DNA of 56,832 nt from a virus (lineage: Duplodnaviria; Caudoviricetes), in the IMG/VR virus record IMGVR_UViG_3300027899_000015, positions 1 through 56,832 of that record; one strand, 5' to 3'. This document shows, in pieces, positions 18,751-27,265 of the stretch (position 1 is its first letter; the number at the start of each line of letters is the position of its first letter). The notes below the pieces were generated by a model, which saw nothing but the letters and a program-made list of their open reading frames with translations, made no database searches and was not told the origin of the DNA. A program made the position numbers and the translations under genes.

Positions 18751-19326
18751 TTACAATTGCTGTTCGCGTAATTTTTTAATATATTCTTTAACGTTTTTTA
18801 TTTCGTCTTCATTAATTTTACCACCTCCCCAATCTTCAACTACACCTTGTTCACTTATATATGATTCATTCTTAGATGCTAAAAAATTATTAATAGATGC
18901 TTCAAAATCATCAACCATAGAATTTTTATTAAGATTCATCATTGATTTTTCATATTCATCCCATTTACCATCAAGTTTAATTTTAGCCTCCATATTAACA
19001 ACACAATCAAAACACATTTTATGTATAGTCCACATTTTTTTATTCAAATCATTCAATTTCATTGGATTATTACAATGAGGACATGATATAGGTATAGCAA
19101 CTAATTTTTTAAATCTATCTAATTTGGTTATTGTTTGTTTAATACCATTTTTAATAGTCCATTGTTTACCATTTTCTTCCCAAACGTCTCCTTCTTGGTA
19201 ATCTTGTTGTTGTTTTGAATAGCCTATTTGTGTACCTGTAGAATTACCCGCATTATTTGTGATAATATTTCTCATTCTCTGAACATCACGTTTAGAGAAT
19301 TCTTTTTTTAGTTGATTTTCACTCAT
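18751..19326 (-). CDS. Hypothetical zinc-binding protein
   Basis: GDVWEENGKQWTIKNG beta motif; CPHC and HxxCFDC ligands. Confidence 0.6.
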   Translation of the reverse strand: MSENQLKKEFSKRDVQRMRNIITNNAGNSTGTQIGYSKQQQDYQEGDVWEENGKQWTIKNGIKQTITKLDRFKKLVAIPISCPHCNNPMKLNDLNKKMWTIHKMCFDCVVNMEAKIKLDGKWDEYEKSMMNLNKNSMVDDFEASINNFLASKNESYISEQGVVEDWGGGKINEDEIKNVKEYIKKLREQQL

Positions 19327-19335
19327 AACTTTATT

Positions 19336-19479
19336 TTATTTGTCTTTACATTTGCAATTTTTACACTTACATGAAGTGTATTTTGATTTTAACCATTTAT
19401 ATATTCCTACAATACCAAATGCTCCTGCTAACCACATTAATCCTTCTATTATCATAGCTGACCAGCATATTGGACACAT
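19336..19479 (-). CDS. Small Cys-rich membrane peptide (47 aa)
   Basis: MCPICW-hydrophobic helix-CKCKNCKC; start re-assigned to ATG 19479 to avoid overlap with 19491..19715. Confidence 0.5.
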   Translation of the reverse strand: MCPICWSAMIIEGLMWLAGAFGIVGIYKWLKSKYTSCKCKNCKCKDK

Positions 19480-19490
19480 ATTTTTAGTTT

Positions 19491-19715
19491 TTAGATTATA
19501 CTTGCGTATTGTATTCCGTCTTGTTCTATTATTTGGTATTCTACTCGTAATCCTTCTTTTAATATCCAGCAACCACATAATTCTTTACCACAAGTTTTCA
19601 TTTCTTTATAAAAAGTAACTACATCATTTTGAAGAATAGGTAATTCTACTCCATTATCTAATTCTATAGTCCAATTATCTTCAGTTTGTTTATGTACTGT
19701 CCCTTGTGGTGCCAT
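19491..19715 (-). CDS. Hypothetical protein
   Basis: Tightly packed 74-aa ORF in operon orientation. Confidence 0.55.
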   Translation of the reverse strand: MAPQGTVHKQTEDNWTIELDNGVELPILQNDVVTFYKEMKTCGKELCGCWILKEGLRVEYQIIEQDGIQYASII

Positions 19716-19716
19716 A

Positions 19717-21702
19717 TTATTTAAATATATCTTGTAATTGTTTTATTGTGTCAGTAGTTGATGTGTGATGTATTCCAATACCACCTGCATCTTTCCATCT
19801 TTGAATATTATCTGCTCTATCGTCTATTAATATAGCGTTTGGTTTTGCAAATTGTTGTTTTTGATCAGCTGGTCTTAATATAAGTTTAGTACCAGGTAGA
19901 TTTCTTTTTACCCAAACAAACTTACCTATTTTAGATGATTCATCTCTTGAGGGTGCTGATAATAATTCTGGATTGTATTTTTGGATATAACTCCATAATT
20001 GTTTTCCATCAGGCATCCATTTTAGTTTAATCCAAAATGCAGCACCCATTTTATGGATTGGAGCCCAAAATTCTTTAGGATCAGTGCTAAAACTAGCGTC
20101 TGTACCTGTTAATTCTTTATATCCTTTATCAAAATCAACTAATACACCATCCATATCACAATATATCTTATATTGTTCTTGTTTATCTTCATTTAATGTC
20201 TCAAATATTTCAGGATGATATTCACCAAATTTTCTTAACAAAATACCAGCAGCAGCATTTGCTTCATTTTCAACAGGTGAACCTGTAGCTCCATCACCCA
20301 TTCCTAGTTTTTTAATTTCATCTTGTTTACGATGAACTAATTCATGAGCTAGTGTTCTTAAAATATCAGCTGCTAATCTTGGACCTTTAACAACAAGTAA
20401 TTTGCCTGTTTCTGGATTATAAGAGCCTAATGAATGCATATTTCGAGCTAACTCTTCATCATCAGTGAATTCTATTTCGGGTATATTATTTAACTCAAGT
20501 GCTTTAACGGCAAACTCAATAAAATCATCTAATACATTACCGCTACCTGTTCCAACTATTGTTTCTTCTAAACCTGCTTTACTTAGTTTAGAATAATATT
20601 TTGGATCTTCACCTAAATGAGCTAGTGCTATTTTTTTAGCTGCTTCTTCATCAGTGGTATGTTCTTTTTTTTCTGTCTCAATTCCTTTCTTTAATTGTTC
20701 AGGATCAACATCTTTTTCATCTACTGTAGGAACATCAAGTTGAAGTTCAGTTAATGATTTTTTCCACCACCCTATAGTGAATAAATCTTCTTCAACATTA
20801 ACAGGTATATTATGTTTAGTTAAATATTTAAGTACTTGCTCACGTTGTGTTGAGCTATCTCCTAAATTAGGAATTAACATACGTCTTTCCTGTCCATCAA
20901 ATGCATATTGAGAGTATTCAAATGGTATTAACAATGTGTTAAGAAAATTTTCTATTTTTGGAGTTAATTTATAAGGTATTCTTATAATCAACTGACCATC
21001 TTTTTGATTTTCTTGAAGTTGATCTAAATTTAAAACAGGAATACCTAATATATTAAGTATATCATCAAAATCACCTTTTTGAATTACTACATCAGGAAAA
21101 CAACCTTTAAGTAATTCAATATTATTTAAATATTCATTTTTAGCTTTAGAATACTCAGTTGAATTTGTGTCAGATATAGATCTTAAAGTTAATACTGATT
21201 GTTTTATTTTGTCTATTGTTTCACGAACTTGAGTACCAGATAATCTTTTATTTTGTGATACTACTTTTTCATCAATAGCTAAAGGCATCACTCTTGTACT
21301 AAATGCTTTTTGTAATGAAGCAAAATATTCTTGGTCTTCAACTTCTTCTTTAGCACCAGCTACATATGCTATTAATTCTAAATCATTATCCATTCTAGAG
21401 AAAATATCTTTAATTGGAGAAGCATTTTTAGATACTTCAACAGATACTTTAGCCATAGGAGAGGCAGCTAGATATAAATCCCAAATGCGCTTACTCATAC
21501 TCACTGTTATACCATCACGTTCTTTTTGTCCAATTAATACTATAACTTTAGTAATATATGGTCTTGAAGCTAAATCTTTCATAGCTTCATAGTGTCCTTC
21601 ATGTGGTGGTTTAAAACCCCCTGGGTAGAAACAAATAGCAGGTGGAGTTGAACTTTCACCTTCTTCGTTTAATTCACTTAATATTGTATTTAAATCAATC
21701 AT
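19717..21702 (-). CDS. Multidomain enzyme: HxGH nucleotidyltransferase + DUF5661-like + zincin HExxH + HAD 5'(3')-nucleotidase
   Basis: FYPGGFKPPHEGH...LSGTQVR; KGIETEKKEHTTD...IALAHLGEDPKYYSKL; LRTLAHELVHRKQ...ENEANA; IYCDMDGVLVDF...LIDDR...GGIGIHH. Confidence 0.85.
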   Translation of the reverse strand: MIDLNTILSELNEEGESSTPPAICFYPGGFKPPHEGHYEAMKDLASRPYITKVIVLIGQKERDGITVSMSKRIWDLYLAASPMAKVSVEVSKNASPIKDIFSRMDNDLELIAYVAGAKEEVEDQEYFASLQKAFSTRVMPLAIDEKVVSQNKRLSGTQVRETIDKIKQSVLTLRSISDTNSTEYSKAKNEYLNNIELLKGCFPDVVIQKGDFDDILNILGIPVLNLDQLQENQKDGQLIIRIPYKLTPKIENFLNTLLIPFEYSQYAFDGQERRMLIPNLGDSSTQREQVLKYLTKHNIPVNVEEDLFTIGWWKKSLTELQLDVPTVDEKDVDPEQLKKGIETEKKEHTTDEEAAKKIALAHLGEDPKYYSKLSKAGLEETIVGTGSGNVLDDFIEFAVKALELNNIPEIEFTDDEELARNMHSLGSYNPETGKLLVVKGPRLAADILRTLAHELVHRKQDEIKKLGMGDGATGSPVENEANAAAGILLRKFGEYHPEIFETLNEDKQEQYKIYCDMDGVLVDFDKGYKELTGTDASFSTDPKEFWAPIHKMGAAFWIKLKWMPDGKQLWSYIQKYNPELLSAPSRDESSKIGKFVWVKRNLPGTKLILRPADQKQQFAKPNAILIDDRADNIQRWKDAGGIGIHHTSTTDTIKQLQDIFK

Positions 21703-22424
21703 TTAATAAATTCTTTTACTTTAGCAACAGCAACAGATGCTGGTGTAAATTTTGGTTTTTGTTTCAGATGTGATTTAATATCTCTGTTGAGTTTTTCAAC
21801 ATCTGCTTTTGTTTTAGCTTGTTCTTCAGGTGTTTTTGGTTTGCCTTTTGCTTTTGATGTGTCAAAAAATCTACGTTTTATTTCATTTTCATCAAAATCA
21901 GTTTCAGCATCTTTAGGATCATTATTAATGATAACTAAATTATCACCAAATGCCTGTTGATATGTTTCAATACTGTCATTAATATCTCTCCATGTTCTTA
22001 AAACAATACTAGGCATCAATGAACGTTCTCTATTAGCATTACGTTCAAGTGATGTTATGGGAGATACATAAATCATAATCATCATAGTCTCATATCCTAA
22101 CGCTTCTAGTTCTTCTTTCTTTTTGAGAAGTGGTCTAGAAGCCGCTCCAGTACCGTCAATAATAACATCGTTAAGATTAGATAATGCATTTATATATTTT
22201 TCTTTTGTTGATTTTTGAGCCTGTCCCATTAATTTAGCTGCTTGAGATAACTGTTCAGGATCAAAATCCCTTTGCTTCATACCTAATCCAGATGCTTTTA
22301 ATAATTCTTCATAAGTATCATCAACATTTATTATATGAAATTTTGATAATGGCAAAGATTTAGCAATAAATGACTTACCAGCACCAGCAGGGCCGGCTAA
22401 AAATATTGCTTGTGGTGTACTCAT
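21699..22424 (-). CDS. P-loop kinase (zeta-toxin / AAA_33-like)
   Basis: AIFLAGPAGAGKS, INVDD, IIDGTG, SLERNANRER lid. Confidence 0.8.
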   Translation of the reverse strand: MSTPQAIFLAGPAGAGKSFIAKSLPLSKFHIINVDDTYEELLKASGLGMKQRDFDPEQLSQAAKLMGQAQKSTKEKYINALSNLNDVIIDGTGAASRPLLKKKEELEALGYETMMIMIYVSPITSLERNANRERSLMPSIVLRTWRDINDSIETYQQAFGDNLVIINNDPKDAETDFDENEIKRRFFDTSKAKGKPKTPEEQAKTKADVEKLNRDIKSHLKQKPKFTPASVAVAKVKEFIK

Positions 22425-22438
22425 ATTACCAATAAATA

Positions 22439-22921
22439 TTAATTATCTTTCCTTGGGCGCCCACGTTTACCGCCTGTCTTAACGTATACAATTGATTTTT
22501 TCTGTGTTGGGTCCATTTTTGGTCGACCACGTTTACCACCAGTTTTAACATAAACTGTAACCTCTTTTTTAAGTGATGGGTCCATTTTTGGCCTACCACG
22601 TTTACCTGTACCTGTACTTGTACGTATTTTTTCAGCTTTAGCTTTACGTTCAAAATATCTAGGATGAACAATAAGTGAATCAAGAAAAAACGCGCGTCTA
22701 GCTCCACCTTCATCTACACATTCATATCCACCACCTTTCCATCCTGGTGTGCCATCTTGATGTGTACGAACATAATAAAACTTACCACCATTATCATTTT
22801 CATAATAAGTAGCTGGTAATACTTCAATGCCTGATGTAAAATTTAGATATTCTTGTTCATTTTCTTCTACCACATAGGCTTTACGTGGATAGATAGATGC
22901 TTCTACTTCGATTATTCTCAT
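22439..22921 (-). CDS. AT-hook DNA-binding protein
   Basis: Three KRGRP[KR] motifs in 22-23-aa tandem repeats at the C-terminus. Confidence 0.75.
   Translation of the reverse strand: MRIIEVEASIYPRKAYVVEENEQEYLNFTSGIEVLPATYYENDNGGKFYYVRTHQDGTPGWKGGGYECVDEGGARRAFFLDSLIVHPRYFERKAKAEKIRTSTGTGKRGRPKMDPSLKKEVTVYVKTGGKRGRPKMDPTQKKSIVYVKTGGKRGRPRKDN
22450..22606 (-). repeat. Coding tandem repeat (about 66-69 nt unit, 2.3 copies)
   Basis: KRGRPKMDPSLKKEVTVYVKTGG / KRGRPKMDPTQKKSIVYVKTGG / KRGRPRK. Confidence 0.8.
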
Positions 22922-22938
22922 AACTTTTATTTATATAT

Positions 22939-22965
22939 TAAATATAGTAAAAAAACCGCGGTCAA
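22939..22965 (-). promoter_or_regulatory. Class A promoter-like motif
   Basis: TTGACC-N13-TATATTTA. Confidence 0.7.
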
Positions 22966-23181
22966 TCAATTTATACTTACAACATTAATTGTTTCTGATA
23001 TTAATTTAACCGCTGATCTATATCTATCTAATTCACTCTCAGTCATTTGTTCAAATAATTTATATATTTGACACTCTTTTTCATATAATTCTACAAATCG
23101 TGGATTTTCAACGTCTATTGTATCTAATTCTATTGTTTCTACAAACAAATTCACGGCTTTCTGTACTAATTGTGTGTTCAT
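22966..23181 (-). CDS. Hypothetical protein with own promoter motif
   Basis: 71-aa ORF downstream of motif 23204..23230. Confidence 0.6.
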   Translation of the reverse strand: MNTQLVQKAVNLFVETIELDTIDVENPRFVELYEKECQIYKLFEQMTESELDRYRSAVKLISETINVVSIN

Positions 23182-23203
23182 AACCTTAATTTTTTATTAT
23201 AAC

Positions 23204-23230
23204 TAAATATAACGAATAAGTCGCGGTCAA
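23204..23230 (-). promoter_or_regulatory. Class A promoter-like motif
   Basis: TTGACC-N13-TATATTTA. Confidence 0.7.
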
Positions 23231-23234
23231 TCAA

Positions 23235-23438
23235 TTAAAACCCACGTTCCATTCTCCATACTCTTTCATGATGTTCATGTTCAGAGTATACATTAATATT
23301 CAACCATCCCCTATCACCGTATAAATTATTTAAATATTTACGATCTAATTCCGGGTCAAACGCTAATACTATTTCACGTTCTTCGTTAGTTAAAATCTCT
23401 TTTGTGTTAATTAATTCTTGTGCGTTCATATCTTTCAA
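23235..23438 (-). CDS. Hypothetical protein with own promoter motif
   Basis: Short ORF downstream of motif 23452..23478; true start may be the internal ATG (MNAQELIN). Confidence 0.55.
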   Translation of the reverse strand: MKDMNAQELINTKEILTNEEREIVLAFDPELDRKYLNNLYGDRGWLNINVYSEHEHHERVWRMERGF

Positions 23439-23451
23439 TTTTCTTATAGAA

Positions 23452-23478
23452 TAAAGATACGTTAAGAGTTGCGGTCAG
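23452..23478 (-). promoter_or_regulatory. Class A promoter-like motif
   Basis: CTGACC-N13-TATCTTTA. Confidence 0.65.
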
Positions 23479-23479
23479 T

Positions 23480-26440
23480 CTAAAAATTATACCTGATTCC
23501 TAATTGCGCTTGCCAATTTGAATTAACCACATCAACTGAATAGGGTAATTGAGTTGGTTGTTTAAATGTAAATGTTTCACCAGATGCTTTAGTTAGTCCT
23601 ACTGATGATGTAGAATTAAATGTGTTAGATATAAAATATATTTTACCACTATTGATATTAAATATATCAGCAGTTAATTGTAAATGTTTACCTATGTTTT
23701 GGATTAATTTAAAATCCATTGTTGTTGACCATGGTGTTCTACCACCATTACGTTCTGTAAATTGACCCTTTCTACTAGTTAAATATTTATTATTATTTAC
23801 AAAATCCATAAAATCTTGTGCTTGATTTAAATCTAAAATATATTTAGATGCTTCATTTAAATCTTTAAAGATATAAACTAAACCAGCGGCTTGTGGATTA
23901 TTTTGTAATGTTCCATTAACTAATCCCCATGTGAATGGTACTCCACTTTGTGAGTTTATAACTACACCAAATTGTGTTTTCTTTATTTTATAAATAAATT
24001 GAGATATAATTCTATGTCTAATATCAAAGTTTGAATATGCTAATTTAGGATCATTTGGAGTTAGAGATTGATTTAGCTGCCAGTTACTTTCCATTGAATT
24101 GCGGATACCATTTGTGATGTCTTTAGAAACACCATAAGTGTAGGCAGCGTAAACATCTAATCCCCATTTATATTTTTTATTAATTGATGTTGTTAATTGA
24201 TATCTATATCCTTTATCAGTATTAGATAATAAGTAAGCATTTGATAAATTTGAATTTACCTTAACACCACTATATATAGGCATTTGATTTTGAGTATCAA
24301 AGCTATAATATGTTGGGTTATCAGTTACAATATTAATTTGCTGGAATTTAAGATCTGTAAGTACATCTGTGTAAATACCTTCAATTGTTAATTTATAGCC
24401 ATTAATTGTTTTATCAATTGCTAAATTACTTCTCCATATTTTAGGCATTTTAAAACCATTATCAAGTAAATCTACTTGTACTAGATTTTTCTGTCCATTA
24501 TTAAAGGCAAATGTTTTAGAACCATCTGTAATTGGATCACCATTATTTACTAAATCTTTTCTATTGTTTAAATCAAATGAACCAAATCCAATGCCATCAT
24601 TATAATAAGCATATCCTAACCAAGCAAATGGAATACGACCTACAAACACACCCGAACCACCTCTAAATGTCCATGAATTTGATTTATATGTAAAACCTAA
24701 TCTTGGAGATACATTTAAATTATTAAAATAATCATTAGTATATTTAGTTGGTGCTTGGACATTAATTGATGGTTTGTTAGGTAAATCTGTATAGTCAAAC
24801 CTTATACCAGGAGATAATTTTAATTTACCAAATGTAATTTCATCTTGTAAATAACTACTTAATAAATTTATGTTAAAATTAGCATACGGGTTATTAAAAA
24901 TGTGGTCTCTATCATTATTATCAAAGCTATAAAATCCTCTTACTCGGTTTACTTTACCTGTTAAATAATCAGCTAATGATTTGTAAGAAATTCTACCATT
25001 CCAACTATTAACAAACCCATATCCAATATTGTAGAACTCATTATGTGTACCTAATAGGAATGAATGATTACCAATTGAAAAGTTAAAATTATCAGTAAAT
25101 TCAAATGTATTTTGTTTTAAATTAAATACAGTAGCTTCTCTTTCATTACCTATGAATATTGTTCCTCCATTATAAGCAATCTCTGTTTGTGGAAATGATA
25201 CTCTTTCACTTAATGGAGTTCTATAATCGTGAATATTTGTATAGCCTAAAATTAATGAATTTGAAGATTTGTGAAATTGAGATTTAAGTTCTAATACAGA
25301 TGAATTTTGGTTGCTGGTTTGTTTAAAATCCATTGAACCAAATCTGAAATTAGCTGCATCACGTTCTAAGTTAGTAGCACTAGAAAACACTGTGTTATTA
25401 CGAAGTGTTAGCTGATTTTTAGAATTTATATTCCAATCTAAACGGTTGAATAGTTTTTTAGAATCAGAATAAATACTATATGATTGATAATCACCAATAT
25501 TATAGTTATATTTTGTTTTAGTAAAATCAGTTATAACTTTAGCTATACTATCATTAATTAAACCATTTGAATTTGCACCATATAAAATAGGATCAATACG
25601 ATGAGTTGCTTCCTCTGATGTAAAGAAAAATAATTTGTCTTTTATAATTGGAAATCCGATTCTAAATCCACCTTGAATATCTTTAATATTATGTAAATCT
25701 CTCCCAAATGTATAAATAGATCCTTGTACTTTATTTGTTCCGCTTCTTGTGATAGCATTAATCGATCCACCTAAAAAGTTACCAATTTTAACATCAAATG
25801 GAGCAACATATACTTGAATATCTTTAATTGCATCTGCTGATATAGGAGACGTTCTTGTAGATGAACCAGGCATACCTGATGTCCCAGCTTGTCCTCCTAA
25901 TGATGGACTGAATCCAATTGCATCATTATTAATTGTGCCATCAATAGTAACGTTATTGTATCTAAAATTTGTTCCAGCGATTGAGTTATTGATTGATTGA
26001 GGAACTAATTTTGTAAAGTCAGTGATTGACCTGTTTAGTGATGGAGTTGCTTTTAATTTATCTTCATTAATTAATAAACCAGAAGCATTTTTAATAGCAT
26101 TCTTATTAATAACAACTGTTACTGTTTGTAATTGTTTATTATCTTGTTCTAATTTAACATCTAAATCATTATTACCTAAAGTAAAATAGATTTCTGTTTT
26201 TTCATATGGTTTATAACCAACAGAAGTAACCTTAATAATATAAGGACCACCCACGTTTGCATTATAAACATGAAAAAAACCGCTACCATCAGCAGCGGTT
26301 TTATATTTTGTACTTGTTGGAGTATAAATTAATTCAATACTAGAGTTTGCTTCTGTTTTTCCATTAACTGTTGATGTTGTAATTTGAGAAAACGAAACTA
26401 AAGAAATAAGCGTAAATAATGATAACAATAATTTTTTCAT
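23480..26440 (-). CDS. TonB-dependent outer-membrane receptor (Oar-like, N-terminal carboxypeptidase-regulatory-like domain)
   Basis: Signal peptide MKKLLLSLFTLISLVSFSQ; GGPYIIKVTSVGY; plug NNVTIDG...DAIKDIQV...GGSINAITRSGTN; barrel YLQDE, PGIRFD, SPRLGFTY; C-terminal QLGIRYNF. Confidence 0.93.
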   Translation of the reverse strand: MKKLLLSLFTLISLVSFSQITTSTVNGKTEANSSIELIYTPTSTKYKTAADGSGFFHVYNANVGGPYIIKVTSVGYKPYEKTEIYFTLGNNDLDVKLEQDNKQLQTVTVVINKNAIKNASGLLINEDKLKATPSLNRSITDFTKLVPQSINNSIAGTNFRYNNVTIDGTINNDAIGFSPSLGGQAGTSGMPGSSTRTSPISADAIKDIQVYVAPFDVKIGNFLGGSINAITRSGTNKVQGSIYTFGRDLHNIKDIQGGFRIGFPIIKDKLFFFTSEEATHRIDPILYGANSNGLINDSIAKVITDFTKTKYNYNIGDYQSYSIYSDSKKLFNRLDWNINSKNQLTLRNNTVFSSATNLERDAANFRFGSMDFKQTSNQNSSVLELKSQFHKSSNSLILGYTNIHDYRTPLSERVSFPQTEIAYNGGTIFIGNEREATVFNLKQNTFEFTDNFNFSIGNHSFLLGTHNEFYNIGYGFVNSWNGRISYKSLADYLTGKVNRVRGFYSFDNNDRDHIFNNPYANFNINLLSSYLQDEITFGKLKLSPGIRFDYTDLPNKPSINVQAPTKYTNDYFNNLNVSPRLGFTYKSNSWTFRGGSGVFVGRIPFAWLGYAYYNDGIGFGSFDLNNRKDLVNNGDPITDGSKTFAFNNGQKNLVQVDLLDNGFKMPKIWRSNLAIDKTINGYKLTIEGIYTDVLTDLKFQQINIVTDNPTYYSFDTQNQMPIYSGVKVNSNLSNAYLLSNTDKGYRYQLTTSINKKYKWGLDVYAAYTYGVSKDITNGIRNSMESNWQLNQSLTPNDPKLAYSNFDIRHRIISQFIYKIKKTQFGVVINSQSGVPFTWGLVNGTLQNNPQAAGLVYIFKDLNEASKYILDLNQAQDFMDFVNNNKYLTSRKGQFTERNGGRTPWSTTMDFKLIQNIGKHLQLTADIFNINSGKIYFISNTFNSTSSVGLTKASGETFTFKQPTQLPYSVDVVNSNWQAQLGIRYNF

Positions 26441-26479
26441 AAAGTGAATTTAGATTCACTAATAATTATTTACCAAATA

Positions 26480-27265
26480 TTACTCAGTTATCTTAATACT
26501 AATAGGTAATGATTCAGTCATAGGCTTGAAATTTGGATTTTCAAGTTTATATATTTTATATATATTCATGAACATTTCAAAATTAGCATCAATATTACTT
26601 ATATGTTTTAATTCCCATCCTTTACCTTGTATTTTATCTCCTTTACCTTCACTACGTGTTGAAGCTTTAAGCCATAGAATACCTGTTTCTTCAATTTTAG
26701 CATCATGAGTTTCATCCCACGCTTTAGCGTAGGCGGCTAATTGTAAATTATGTGATGTGTGAAGTGAATTGGATGTTTTAATATCTAATAACCATAATTT
26801 ACCATCTATTTTACAAATTATATCTGTTGTACCAGCGTACTTATGCTCATCTGAGAATACATGATATTCAGTTGCTACTAATTCTGGTTTATGTGTATTC
26901 CAAAAATCAGCAAATTTAAGAATCATTTTCCATGTATCTAAACTATATAGAGCTTTTCCATATTCATCTAACCATTGGATTTCTTCTCCATTTAAAAAAG
27001 CATCAATAGCGTTATGTACTTGAGTACCTTCTGCTGCTGCTTTAGACGCAATAATATCACTATTATGTCCTACGTCCTTAAGCCAATTATGAAAAAATTG
27101 ATTTTTAGGAAAGAAATTTAATACTGATGTTACAGATGGATAATATTCTTCTCCACGTCTGTAAAATCTACTATCTAAAACATTTACTTGCCTATCTCCC
27201 TCATTGTACTCTACAATGCGTTTGATTTTTGGGTCTTTAATGATGTTGACGTTTCTATCAATCAT
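26480..27265 (-). CDS. PD-(D/E)XK (Cas4/RecB-like) exonuclease
   Basis: YPSVTSVL, GTQVH, YAGTTD...LLDIKTS, QLAAYA. Confidence 0.88.
   Translation of the reverse strand: MIDRNVNIIKDPKIKRIVEYNEGDRQVNVLDSRFYRRGEEYYPSVTSVLNFFPKNQFFHNWLKDVGHNSDIIASKAAAEGTQVHNAIDAFLNGEEIQWLDEYGKALYSLDTWKMILKFADFWNTHKPELVATEYHVFSDEHKYAGTTDIICKIDGKLWLLDIKTSNSLHTSHNLQLAAYAKAWDETHDAKIEETGILWLKASTRSEGKGDKIQGKGWELKHISNIDANFEMFMNIYKIYKLENPNFKPMTESLPISIKITE

Noticed and set aside
21699-22424. Zeta/epsilon toxin-antitoxin pair
   Set aside because: No antitoxin-like ORF is coupled upstream; the kinase is instead coupled to the nucleotidyltransferase gene.
22426-22713. Alternative-frame minus-strand ORF with repeated VNVV-QKWT
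   Set aside because: It is a frameshifted reading of the AT-hook repeat and lies almost wholly within the better gene 22439..22921.
26480-27265. Cas4-like nuclease as evidence of a CRISPR system
   Set aside because: It overlaps the primase gene, lacks an obvious four-Cys Fe-S cluster and has no array or other cas genes nearby; it is best read as a phage replication/recombination exonuclease.
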